Below, piece after piece: positions 42,001 to 51,159 of a stretch of DNA of 64,000 nucleotides. This stretch comes from Nitrospirales bacterium (GTDB lineage Bacteria; Nitrospirota; Nitrospiria; Nitrospirales; UBA8639): the NCBI GenBank assembly GCA_963555755.3, contig OY820905.2, forward strand, positions 4,096,001 to 4,160,000, written 5' to 3'. Both the position numbers and the translations under genes were made by a program. The notes beneath the pieces were generated by a model that had not been told where the DNA came from, ran no database searches, and saw only the letters and a list, made by a program, of their open reading frames with translations. Position 1 is the first letter of the stretch; every line of letters begins with the position of its first letter.

Positions 42001-42550
42001 CAAATTGCTTCAATCTGATACGCATGATTCCTCGCCAAAGATTACGTTTGTCGTCGAGCGATTAGCCGAACTCATGGAGGCAGGGCATAGTGCGCTCGTC
42101 TTTTCGCAATTCACCTCATTTTTAGATTTGGTCGAAGCCGCGCTAGTCAGTCACCACATTCCGCACGTTCGTTTAGATGGCTCCACGCCCACGCCTAAAC
42201 GCCGAATCATGGTCCAACAGTTTCAAGAAGGCAAAGACGCTTCCGTGTTCTTGCTCAGCTTAAAAGCCGGAGGGCAAGGACTGAACCTCACCAAGGCCTC
42301 CTATGTGTTTCACTTGGATCCGTGGTGGAACCCCGCGGTTGAAAACCAAGCCTCCGATCGCACACACCGAATCGGCCAAACGCAAAAGGTGTCTATCTTG
42401 CGCATCCTCATGCGCCATTCCGTCGAAGAGAAAATGATGGCCTTAAAACAGAAAAAATCCGCCCTCTACGAAGCTGTCCTCGAAGGCACCACTCACCGAG
42501 GCGGAAGTGCGTCAATCACCAAAGAAGATTTCGATTTTCTTCTGGCGTAG
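39002..42550 (+). CDS. SWIM zinc-finger SNF2-family helicase
   Basis: CNC..CKH; LADDMGLGKT, DEAQ, TGTPLEN, DPWWNPAVENQASDRTHRIGQ. Confidence 0.93.
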   Translation: MINYLKALPPNIVYTVAPKEYVVRGYDYFHKERLESFRWEHDGSLLTAVVMGTRRYAVDFMLLDDKLDFLCNCPAWAPTTQCKHVICALLTIINLLDPIHFNVARHQPGRLEKLRGALLSGGSGRGQLLRSPFSPPSPAPPKSDDFELVIHLREQYPELSVRNHGQRVYTLRGVPETLAYFIGDFYHSFSIHRDRLAQHLQAAGNQYPLVFESDGEGMRLTWEGFHRCETYTELHMVDGQVTLRPLYVLDRTVRKRVKLFWDYAVDLERQILVKVEEPNEWDLQAMLYNEWIYGLEALDDEEIFAFSRAYRSWERTLNRTESPWNPFKFGLFERRPIELPLRRAQLMPIHIPTQHLPATRQRLILKVNGVVTPLSPEHDTPTLQQPRYRLVVHPVQDGLEPLASGQTMAVIRAECWWGDYCAPPHEPTFSFFTCLEGYRSLPAPLRAQKRQKILCETFIKLLTVSQTSKVEGLLRTALSQGDFQRQNIKRTAKHMLKQFFSVFGEPEVRLQFHQGRWQLLTVDKAQEARMYILPYEQFGPQVFDNMMRHDEMRLRLDILHQGLPQLYESCQAAGIELFYHTKPVALPEWELSLDAHRPEGIDWFELRPEIRCNGKLMTEAAVQQFMQGQGIIEGDDVVQIFPTKTQAALRALSSFYRQEPSSKGMKKEWVRVPRLQIFDWIALRKQGVKITLPPEDEAIIDRLTHFEHIEVPPIPKRLTAKLRTYQKNGYAWLGFLYQHRFGACLADDMGLGKTVQAISLLGGIKESIIPSLTSQPVPHLVVLPPSLLFNWEQEIQKFYPSLRVQMYVGADRSPKFEGCDVVLTTYGVVRRDIATLETIPFHIIVFDEAQAVKNIHAETTSAVRRLKGAFKMVMTGTPLENHIGEYYSLIDLCLPGLLGDYDKIKSKITSASSSFLEVLTRRTKPFVLRRTKEQILKELPPKTETDVYLDLTERQKSLYQHTIAQIRPTIDDAYRTKTHAQARIIALTAILKLRQICLSPKLLQSDTHDSSPKITFVVERLAELMEAGHSALVFSQFTSFLDLVEAALVSHHIPHVRLDGSTPTPKRRIMVQQFQEGKDASVFLLSLKAGGQGLNLTKASYVFHLDPWWNPAVENQASDRTHRIGQTQKVSILRILMRHSVEEKMMALKQKKSALYEAVLEGTTHRGGSASITKEDFDFLLA

Positions 42551-42625
42551 TACTTGTTTATGGCTTGCCGAAAAGAATCGCGTCATTTCCGACATCCTTA
42601 ATCGGGAATCCAGGTTTATTTTAAT

Positions 42626-42846
42626 CGGGGTTTCGCCCCCGAGCGACGAGGCACTTTTGTTTCGGCAAAAGGACCCAAAACCACTTCCGCCCGTGCGCGG
42701 TCCCTCCGAGCCTGCTCAGAAGCAGGCTCTCCGGGATGCCTCCGCCTCCGTCCCGAATCAAGATGGCGAGGGAACTCGCTCCGCTCAAACAGCCCTCGCC
42801 GAGAGGTCGATTCGGGACTCCGGCTCCGCCGCGTCCGAAGGCGGGC
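42626..42846 (+). repeat. Structured repeat, copy E
   Basis: Same family; preceded by a REP at 42581-42613. Confidence 0.8.
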
Positions 42847-42978
42847 AGTCATTACAGAAATAGTTTTTTATTGAACATCACTCGTTCATTGTCTTGTCAG
42901 GTCTTAGGGCATATACTTTCAACCTTGTGACAAAAAGAGTAGAAGATCTGTATTGCGGTAGTAGAGTAGGGGGACAAG

Positions 42979-43248
42979 ATGCCAGCTATTTCGATGTTCT
43001 ATGGAATTATTATTTACATGTATTTCCTTGATAACAAGCAGCATCAAAGACCGCATATTCATGTCAAATATCAGGAACATGAAGTTATTGTTGCCATCCC
43101 GGATGGTGGGGTTCTTGAAGGGAGTATCCCCAACCCAAAAATGAAGTTGCTCCAAGCTTGGGTTGAGTTGCATAAGGAAGAATTGGAAGCGGACTGGGAA
43201 CTTGCTGTGTCTGGTCAACAGCCTTTTAAGATTGAACCGTTGAGGTAA
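42979..43248 (+). CDS. DUF4160 family protein (putative toxin)
   Basis: MPAISMFYGIIIYMYF..HQRPHIHVKY. Confidence 0.88.
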   Translation: MPAISMFYGIIIYMYFLDNKQHQRPHIHVKYQEHEVIVAIPDGGVLEGSIPNPKMKLLQAWVELHKEELEADWELAVSGQQPFKIEPLR

Positions 43249-43251
43249 ATT

Positions 43252-43485
43252 ATGAATCCAAGAATTGTAGAAGTAATGCCCACCGATGATTACAAACTCA
43301 AGTTGGTTTTTACCAATGGGGAGCGAGGGGTGTATAACTGTTTCGACTTGTTAGACTTTGGCGTGTTTCAAGAGCTGCAGGATAAGAACTATTTCAAGCA
43401 AGCCAAAGTGTTGGACGGAACTGTGGTCTGGCCTCATGAGCAAGATATCTGTCCCGATACCCTCTATCTCGATTCAGAAAAATAG
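43252..43485 (+). CDS. DUF2442 family protein (putative antitoxin)
   Basis: YKLKLVFTNGE..GTVVWPHEQDICPDTLY. Confidence 0.88.
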   Translation: MNPRIVEVMPTDDYKLKLVFTNGERGVYNCFDLLDFGVFQELQDKNYFKQAKVLDGTVVWPHEQDICPDTLYLDSEK

Positions 43486-43602
43486 GGAGGTCGGGTGAAT
43501 GGGTAATCAGGCAAGGTAAGGTCTCTATTGTTCTTTCTAATCCTTCCAAGTATTTGAGTTATTCCTCCAGTCGTAACCGGGAATCCAGAATTAATTTTAT
43601 TC

Positions 43603-43872
43603 AGGGTTTTGCCCTCGAGCGACGAGGCCCCTTCGACTGGGCTCAGGGCAGGCCTTTTGTTTCGGCAAAAGTGCCCAAAACCACTTCCGCCCGTTCACGG
43701 TCCCTCCGGGCCTGCTTCGAAGCAGGTTCTCCGGGATGCCTCCGCCTCCGTCCCGAATCAAGATGGCGAGGGAACTCGCGGAGTCTATCCTGAGCTTGTC
43801 GAAGGACTCAAACAGTCCTCGCCCGAGAGGTCGGATTCGGGGCGATGGCCCAGTCGCGCCCAACGCGGTGAA
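43603..43872 (+). repeat. Structured repeat, copy F
   Basis: Same family, with two nested palindrome insertions. Confidence 0.8.
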
Positions 43873-44240
43873 GGGCCAAGACTAGAGTGCCAAATGAACA
43901 GAAAGGAGGAGCATCCCATCGATATCGCAGTCATGTCGAGCCCTCGACTAATTTTCAACGTGGCTGACCCACAGAGGTTACCTTAGGAGTAAATGGCTGA
44001 CAGAAAAGGGTAGCGTTCTCTTTTTCAGGTGCAACCGAGGACCAGGTGGCGTTCGCAGTCCGCTGGATGGTATATGAACCCATTCAAGGAGGGGTGTTAT
44101 GCCGATCCGCATAAGATGCTGAAATAATTGGACTCATGCGTATAACCAATTGAAACGACAACAGTTCCGGCGTATTCTTCAGAAATATCGATGGCGTGTT
44201 ATACGGATATAAACCCGAAGATCCTTCTCTTACACGGATC

Positions 44241-44260
44241 CATCTAAACATTGTTAGGTG
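44241..44260 (+). other. attI-like integron recombination site
   Basis: CATCTAAACATT-GTTAGGTG; GTTRRRY core complementary to the cassette R'' CACCTAAC. Confidence 0.55.
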
Positions 44261-44288
44261 TACAAAACTGGAGTGCAATTTCAAATCC

Positions 44289-44792
44289 ATGGAACTAAAA
44301 ATCAAATCAATGCTTGCAGTATTTTTGCTATTAACTTCTGGCGCTGCCTTGGGAATAGAGCAATCTTTTATCGCTGATACAGAGCGATTTGGCGTTCGTT
44401 TATTTTTAGTTCCAGACGCAGATGCATTTGTCGAAATGTGGTCAAAGCCAGAAACACCAAAATTGACCGTATTCAAACAAACAACAGTTAACACTAAATT
44501 CGCGGGCATCATTCTTTATTGGGGTGGTGGTGCCAATTCCAATGGCGAGTGTAATATTCAATTGCAAACCACGGTCTTAGAGAGAGGCACTGTTCTCGCA
44601 ACAGGCCCAGAAATGCCCGTATGCTCTCGGCACCAACCGCCCAAACCAAGTGTCTTGTCACTTTCTGACACAATCATCGACCTTATTGCATCCGGTGACC
44701 CAACGCAATTGGTCGTTCAAGTAAAAGTAACCGACAAAATCAATAACGAAACCTTGTTGGTTGAGGCGCCTATTGAAGTGGTGGCAGAGTGA
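44289..44792 (+). CDS. Secreted hypothetical protein (integron gene cassette)
   Basis: Signal peptide; bounded by GTTAGGT and an attC. Confidence 0.75.
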   Translation: MELKIKSMLAVFLLLTSGAALGIEQSFIADTERFGVRLFLVPDADAFVEMWSKPETPKLTVFKQTTVNTKFAGIILYWGGGANSNGECNIQLQTTVLERGTVLATGPEMPVCSRHQPPKPSVLSLSDTIIDLIASGDPTQLVVQVKVTDKINNETLLVEAPIEVVAE

Positions 44793-44796
44793 GCGC

Positions 44797-44898
44797 ACCT
44801 AACAAGGCATTGCACTCGGACTCCGCCTACTGTCACATTTTTTGCGAAAAGCGCAAAAAATGCGCCAGCAGGCTACGCCAGTGAATGCGGCGTTAGGT
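44797..44898 (+). other. Integron attC site
   Basis: ACCTAAC...GTTAGGT; GCATTGCACT / AGTGAATGC with extrahelical base; central hairpin; starts 4 bp after the stop codon. Confidence 0.88.
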
Positions 44899-45124
44899 TT
44901 CGAAGAGGACTGGCTAGTTGGAAGATGTACGGTCTACATTGGTGGATCCGGCTATCACACTGTCGGGATTTCGAATATGGATTCACGGTCGAGAGTGTCC
45001 GGAAAGGGGGACGTTCCTTTTTTGAAGGCGCATGAATTGGGGGCAAGCATGAGTATTGAGTTCGTAGAGTTTCCCCTCCAAGCCCAATTTGAAAACTTGG
45101 TTTGTTTCTTTCTTGAGTGTCTTA

Positions 45125-45317
45125 CCGCCTTCGGGCGCGGCGGAGCCTCCGTACCGAATCGACCTCTCGGCGAGGGCTGTTTGAGCGGAGCGAGTTCCCT
45201 CGCCATCTTATTCGGTACGGAGGCGGAGGAACCCCCATGGGGCCGCGCACGGGCGAAAATGGTTTTGGGCACTTTTGCCGAAACAAAAGTGCCTCGTCGG
45301 CGGGGGCGAAACCCCGC
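45125..45317 (-). repeat. Structured repeat, copy G
   Basis: Same family; REP at ~45376-45408. Confidence 0.8.
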
Positions 45318-45523
45318 ATTAATAATTTTGACTAGAAATCTGGCAAATAGTAGATGGCGAGGAAGAGGGGAAGACCTGGATCCCCGATAAAGGATGTCGG
45401 GGATGACAGCAATGGCGGCAAAGTAAATGATTCGTATGCGTGAATCCTCGGTGGGAAATTCAGAAATTGCGGAAAAACGGAAATGGATCTATAATGGTTC
45501 CATAATAGAACCATTTGGAGGCT

Positions 45524-45763
45524 ATGATGTCCGTCAATCTTTCTGTCAAAAATGTCCCAAAGGAATGGGTGGAGCAATTACGGCAACGAGCCCACAAGCA
45601 TCATCGCTCGCTTCAAGGTGAACTGCTGGCCATACTTGAGGAAAGCGTGAATCAGCAAGACAAGATTTCTCCACAAGGCCTCTTAGCAGAAGTACGGCAA
45701 CGTGGACTGCGCACACCAAAAGAGTCGGTGGCAATGATTCGCAAGGATCGTGATGGCCACTAA
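45524..45763 (+). CDS. FitA/Arc-like ribbon-helix-helix antitoxin
   Basis: NLSVKNVP..LRQRAHKHHRSLQGELLAILE. Confidence 0.87.
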   Translation: MMSVNLSVKNVPKEWVEQLRQRAHKHHRSLQGELLAILEESVNQQDKISPQGLLAEVRQRGLRTPKESVAMIRKDRDGH

Positions 45764-46136
45764 GGTCATTGATACATCAGCCTTGGCCGCCGTCGTGTTT
45801 GCTGAACCCGATGGTCAGCGGATTGCGGCTCAAATGGAAAATCATGATCTCCTTGCTCCATTCCTACTACCCTTTGAGTTGGCGAATGTTTGTCTCATGA
45901 AGATTCGAAGGCATCCTGCCCAAAAAACGTTATTGTTGGGTGGTTTTGAGATGGTCGGTCGTCTGCCGCTGACGTTCATGGCGGTCAACATGACTGAGGT
46001 CCTTGGCCTAGCCCAAGACAAGGCTCTGACAGCTTACGATGCTTCTTTTTTCTGGTTAGCGAAGACGCTCGATGTCGAATTGATGACCTTGGATAAGACC
46101 TTAGCTAAGGCGTTTGCATCTCGAAAAGGCAAATAG
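45753..46136 (+). CDS. vapC: VapC PIN-domain toxin
   Basis: VIDTSAL, FELAN, LTAYDA, LMTLD. Confidence 0.88.
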   Translation: MATKVIDTSALAAVVFAEPDGQRIAAQMENHDLLAPFLLPFELANVCLMKIRRHPAQKTLLLGGFEMVGRLPLTFMAVNMTEVLGLAQDKALTAYDASFFWLAKTLDVELMTLDKTLAKAFASRKGK

Positions 46137-46217
46137 GGCCTGCTTGCCAGGCAGGGGGTATTAATGAGTTTGTCCTTCCCCTCCATTTGAAAAAATTAGT
46201 TTGTTTCTTGAGTGCCT

Positions 46218-46537
46218 TGCCGCCTTCGGGCGCGGCGGAGCCTCCGTACCGAATCGACCTCTCGGCGAGGGCTGTCTGAGCGCAGCGAGTTCCCGAGCCA
46301 TCTTATCGGTACGAAGGCGAAGGCACCCGGAAGAGAATGATCAAAACGTCCGTCTGCGGCGTTTTCGGCCCTTTGTCGTGCTCACGTACTAACGCGTACG
46401 CTGCGCGCGCCAAAGCGCCTGCGGCCTTGCTGACGAACGTTTTGATCATTCTCTGTAGGGCCGCCCACGGGCGAAAATGGTTTTGGGCACTTTTGCCGAA
46501 ACAAAAGTGCCTCATCGTGTGGGGGCGAAACCCTGCA
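46218..46537 (-). repeat. Structured repeat, copy H, containing a 123-bp inverted-repeat insert (46332-46454)
   Basis: Same family; insert bounded by AGAGAATGATCAAAACGT and its complement. Confidence 0.8.
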
Positions 46538-46851
46538 TAATATTTCTTGAAACACACAGACCGATTAGCTAACAAGAATAGGGGCGAAGAAAAACCTGGA
46601 TCCCCGATTAAGGATGTCGGGGATGACCTCAAGGAAAATTGGTGTGTGGTGCACACTCCACCATCCCTTCTCAAACAGATTTCTCACATCCGTTCGAAAT
46701 GACAACGGTTTCGGAATTTGCCTCCCCCCTTTCCTACAAGGTAGAGTTTATCAGTCAGAATTGACGTCATAGGTTTTAAATCAATCTAACAATGTTGTTA
46801 AAAGTTACAGGGGCATGAGCGTTTACCCTGATTATAGAAAGGACGAGTTTT

Positions 46852-47739
46852 ATGAGTGATGAACAAGCACAGCAACCGACTCCCGCGCCGGCACCGGCTG
46901 AGGAAAAGCTTCTTCCGGGGGTGAAGTATATTGTGGCGGTGAGTAGTGGGAAGGGTGGGGTTGGGAAGTCCACGGTGGCGACGAATTTGGCCGTGGCGTT
47001 AGGTCAGTCCGGGGTTAGCGTGGGGTTGATGGATGCCGATATTTATGGTCCCAATATTCCCATGATGATGGGTGTGCCAGAGCCTCCGGGTAAAGCGGAG
47101 GGTAAAATTTTGCCGGCTGAGGCGCATGGCGTAAAAATTATTTCAATGGCATTTTTTGTGCCGGAAGAAACGGCGGTGGTGTGGAGAGGGCCAATGGTGC
47201 ATACGGCCCTTCTCCAATTTTTTCGTGATGTGGAGTGGGGAGAGCTAGATTATCTCCTCATTGACTTGCCGCCGGGCACAGGAGATGCCCAATTGAGCAT
47301 TTCTCAGATGGTGCCGATGACGGGAGCGATCTCGGTTACCACTCCGCAGGAGGTCGCACTGTATGATGTGCGCAAAGGGCTGAGGATGTTTCAGAAGGTC
47401 AATGTGCCGCTCCTGGGCATTATTGAAAACATGAGCTTTTTTGTTTGTGGTCATTGCGGGGAACGGACGGAGATTTTTTCGTTTGCTGGCGGGGAGCGGG
47501 CGGCGAAAAAATTTGACATTCCGTTTTTGGGTCGGATTCCTTTGGATCCCGCCATTCGTGAGTGTAGCGATGCTGGGACTCCGATTGTGGTCGCGAATCC
47601 CGATTCCCCCCAATCCAAGGCCTTTGTCAAAATTGCGGCGGCTTTACGGAATCAAATTGAGAGTCAAGCCAGTGACAAATCCGGGTCTTCGGTGAGCGAT
47701 ATGTTGAAAAAGTTGAAAGAGCCGATGGGGCTGAATTAA
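46852..47739 (+). CDS. apbC: Mrp/NBP35 (ApbC) Fe-S cluster carrier ATPase
   Basis: SGKGGVGKST, DADIYGP, WRGPM, DLPPGTGD, ENMS..CGHC. Confidence 0.93.
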   Translation: MSDEQAQQPTPAPAPAEEKLLPGVKYIVAVSSGKGGVGKSTVATNLAVALGQSGVSVGLMDADIYGPNIPMMMGVPEPPGKAEGKILPAEAHGVKIISMAFFVPEETAVVWRGPMVHTALLQFFRDVEWGELDYLLIDLPPGTGDAQLSISQMVPMTGAISVTTPQEVALYDVRKGLRMFQKVNVPLLGIIENMSFFVCGHCGERTEIFSFAGGERAAKKFDIPFLGRIPLDPAIRECSDAGTPIVVANPDSPQSKAFVKIAAALRNQIESQASDKSGSSVSDMLKKLKEPMGLN

Positions 47740-47871
47740 GCCAAAGCAGGTATTCAAGGCTAAAAATGATTTGAAAATCCCCCTATCCCCCTTTTTCAAA
47801 GGGGGAACTTTCGATGTTAGTGTTGATAGAATATTCTTTTTGGAGACGAGATTAAATTGAGGAGGATTAGG

Positions 47872-48177
47872 ATGTCGGAACGAGTGACAGTGGCGAATAC
47901 GACTGAATTGACTGTTGGGACGGGGATCGTAGCTGAGGTCAACGGGAAAAGTTTGGCGGTATTCAATGTCGAGGGAACATTTTATGTGATTGATAATACC
48001 TGTATTCATCGAGGCGGCCCGTTAGGTGAAGGCGATCTTGAGGGCGAGGTGGTGACCTGTCCCTGGCACGGGTGGGAGTATAATGTGAAAACCGGTGTGT
48101 CGGTGAACAATCCCTCTGCATGTGTGGCTTCGTATCCGGTTGTGGTGGAAGGGGATGAAGTGAAGGTCAATCTGTAG
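47872..48177 (+). CDS. Rieske 2Fe-2S ferredoxin
   Basis: CIH..CPWH. Confidence 0.92.
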   Translation: MSERVTVANTTELTVGTGIVAEVNGKSLAVFNVEGTFYVIDNTCIHRGGPLGEGDLEGEVVTCPWHGWEYNVKTGVSVNNPSACVASYPVVVEGDEVKVNL

Positions 48178-48288
48178 CCGGATGGGGAGAGACGTGAGAC
48201 GTCATCCGTGAGGCGTGATGGGTAAAGCGTAGGAGAAAACAAAAGGGTTTCTTTTACGCATGACGCTTCACGTATCACGCTTGACGAA

Positions 48289-50238
48289 TTACGACTCGCG
48301 TTTGACGAGAACCTGATACAGGGCTTCGCTGAGTTCCTCTAAGCGAAACGGTTTGGCGACCATTCCCTGAAATCCATAGGAGAGGTGATTCGAGAGAACC
48401 GGGTCGTTGGAATAGCCACTGGAGACAATGGCTCGGATATCGGGGTCGAGGAGCCGGAGCCTGTGAATCGTGTCTTTTCCTCCCATTCCTCCGGGAATCA
48501 TTAAATCGAGAATGACTGTGGAAAACGGTTGGCGTAAGTCCAGAGCTTTGGCATACCGCGCAATCGCTTCTTCTCCATGTTGTGTCACCTCTACGGTATA
48601 TCCTAAGTGCCCGAGCATTTGTTCGAGGATGACGCAAATGGCTTCCTCATCATCCATGACCAGGATTTTCCCCTGTCCCAGTCGAATGCCACCGGATTCT
48701 GGAATTTGTGGCACCGCTTGAACGGTTGCGGCCGGCAAATAGATCGTAAACACCGTCCCTTTCTCCACCGTTGACGTGACCTCCATCTGTCCATTGTGGC
48801 TGGTAATAATTGAATAGGTGGTAGCCAATCCCAGCCCACTTCCCTGTCGTTTGGTGGTGAAGTACGGGTCAAAAATTCGCACCAGATCTTCGTTCGAAAT
48901 TCCGTGCCCCGTATCCTTGATACGAATTCGAACGTAAGCATTGTCCTCAAAGTACAGGCCGGCATTCTTTGGGAGCTCAGCGGGGTGCAAGTTCTCCGCT
49001 TCAATTTCCAATGTTCCGCCTTGGGGCATGGCTTGTTGGGCGTTGAGAATAAGATTGTGGAAGGCCTGATGGAGTTGGCTCTCATCGGCATACAGGTCCC
49101 ACAGGTCATTGGGAAATCGGTATTCGCTCCGAATCTTCCCCTCCCGTAAGATAAGTTGGGTTGCATTCTCCAATATTGGTACCAACCTGACCGGCTTTTT
49201 GACCGGGTGCCCTCCTTTGGCAAATGTCAGAAGCTGATGCGTGAGGCCCTTGGCAAGCAAGGAAGCTTTTTCCGCTTCGAGTAATTGGGAAAAGGCCCGA
49301 GTCTCTGTAGAGAGTGACAATTTCGCGAGCGAAATATTGCCCAGAATGGACATCAGGAGGTTGTTGAAATCATGGGCAATGCCTCCGGCTAACGTGCCGA
49401 TGGACTCTAGCTTGCTGGCTTTCTGGAGTTCATGCTCAATTTTGATCCGCTCGGACATATCACGAATCACCACGACTGCCCCCAAGACCGTCCCATTTTT
49501 ATGACAGATAGGCGACGCGCTGCACATGACCATTGTATGGGTCCCGTTTCGATTCAGGAGGCGGCGATAGTACAGGGGTTTCATGACTTGGCCCAGGGCG
49601 AGCACCTGCTTAACGAGGTGATCATCCTGATCGGGGTGGTCCGGGTGTACTAAATGAAACACTTCATCAATGGTGCGGCCAAGCACGTGTGTCAGATTAT
49701 GGCCGATCAGGTGTAGGGCCACGGGGTTGATGGAGTGGACGATGCCGTTAATATCTGTCGTGATGACGCCATCCACAATACACGCAAGGGTCACGGATGA
49801 TCGTTCTTGTTCCGCGGCCAGCTCTTCCTCGGCTTGGGCCAGTCGGTGTTCTCGCTCAAGTTGTTGAAGATTGTGGAGGACGACCGAGGGAAGGAGCTCC
49901 AATGCGGATTCATCTTTGGTGATGTAATCCCGCGCTCCACTTTTGAGCATTTTGACCGCGAGTTGCTCATCACCATAGCCCGTGACGACAATAAACGGAA
50001 CGGTGGGGTGGTGTTCTTTCATCGCGTGGATGAGCTCGTCTCCATTCATGTCCGGGAGGTGCAGGTCGAGAAGCATCAGGGTGATAGGGTGGGCGGACAA
50101 TTGTCGCAGGGCTTCTTCACCGGTTGTGGCGACCCGCGAGTTCAGGCCCTCGCGATGCAAATACCGTTGAATGAGAAGGCCCAGGTCAGGGTCATCATCG
50201 ACGATGAGGATGGTAGGAAGAGAGCCAGATGCCTTCAT
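48289..50238 (-). CDS. Hybrid histidine kinase (REC-PAS-HisKA-HATPase-REC)
   Basis: GGIAHDFNNLL, FDPYFTTK..GSGLGL, two receiver domains. Confidence 0.93.
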   Translation of the reverse strand: MKASGSLPTILIVDDDPDLGLLIQRYLHREGLNSRVATTGEEALRQLSAHPITLMLLDLHLPDMNGDELIHAMKEHHPTVPFIVVTGYGDEQLAVKMLKSGARDYITKDESALELLPSVVLHNLQQLEREHRLAQAEEELAAEQERSSVTLACIVDGVITTDINGIVHSINPVALHLIGHNLTHVLGRTIDEVFHLVHPDHPDQDDHLVKQVLALGQVMKPLYYRRLLNRNGTHTMVMCSASPICHKNGTVLGAVVVIRDMSERIKIEHELQKASKLESIGTLAGGIAHDFNNLLMSILGNISLAKLSLSTETRAFSQLLEAEKASLLAKGLTHQLLTFAKGGHPVKKPVRLVPILENATQLILREGKIRSEYRFPNDLWDLYADESQLHQAFHNLILNAQQAMPQGGTLEIEAENLHPAELPKNAGLYFEDNAYVRIRIKDTGHGISNEDLVRIFDPYFTTKRQGSGLGLATTYSIITSHNGQMEVTSTVEKGTVFTIYLPAATVQAVPQIPESGGIRLGQGKILVMDDEEAICVILEQMLGHLGYTVEVTQHGEEAIARYAKALDLRQPFSTVILDLMIPGGMGGKDTIHRLRLLDPDIRAIVSSGYSNDPVLSNHLSYGFQGMVAKPFRLEELSEALYQVLVKRES

Positions 50239-50281
50239 AGCAAATATTCAAAGGGGACAATGAGGAGGAAACGGTTGTTCC

Positions 50282-50737
50282 TTAACGTGGGTTATTGATG
50301 TGGTTAAACTGCACCTGACTCAAGACGTGACGTAATGCGTTGATCTCCACCGGCTTGTTCAGATGGTAGGTGCATCCTAAGGCCTGGAAGGATGCAAGTT
50401 CTTGGGAATCATTAGTGGTCGTCACTATGGTCAAGGGCACGGTCTTCAACATGCGACTGGTTTGTATCTCTCTGAGGACTTCCTGGCCACTCATCTTTGG
50501 CATGCAACCATCCAAAAATAGGAGGTGAGGATTCCGGCGTGCCCAGGACGTACTCTTGCTCACTTTTAGTAAAAAGTCCAGGACTTCTTGCCCATCCCGG
50601 AATCGGTGGCAGGTCTTCCAATTTCCACACCGTTTCAGAATGCGTTCGAGGAGGGACGCATGTCCCTCATCGTCTTCGGCAATGAGGATGACGGGGGAGT
50701 TGGAACCTGGGACCGTATCGACTGGTTCAGAGGTCAT
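50282..50737 (-). CDS. Single-domain response regulator
   Basis: ILIAEDD, LFLDGCMPKMSG, KP. Confidence 0.87.
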   Translation of the reverse strand: MTSEPVDTVPGSNSPVILIAEDDEGHASLLERILKRCGNWKTCHRFRDGQEVLDFLLKVSKSTSWARRNPHLLFLDGCMPKMSGQEVLREIQTSRMLKTVPLTIVTTTNDSQELASFQALGCTYHLNKPVEINALRHVLSQVQFNHINNPR

Positions 50738-51159
50738 AGCCTTGCCAAACGTTCATTTGTAGAGGCCAATGTCGAAAAGTCCAGCCTGGAGGTGAGTCAT
50801 AAATTTCCAACAGTTACCTTGGGATTTTTGAGTTCGGACGTGGGAAAGATAAACGAATTTCCACTTAGTGGTTTTTCTTCTGGGGGGGAACCGTACCAAA
50901 GGGCTCAAAAAATGTAAATCGGTATATTTGTCATGGACATAACGTCTTTTGTCCAACATGGAGTTGAAGCGCGGGTGTCGAGTTTTTCGTCCTTGATGAT
51001 CCGTCATTCCCTTTGCATAATGGGGTCGTTTCGAAACCCGTCAGGTAGTAGGCGGGAAACGGTAGGCAACCATCTCCCTCTGTTTCATGTTTTCCGTTTC
51101 ACGCTTGCGCGCCAGAGCGCTACAGCGCGCAGGCACGAAGGCCAATTAGGTTATCTCAG

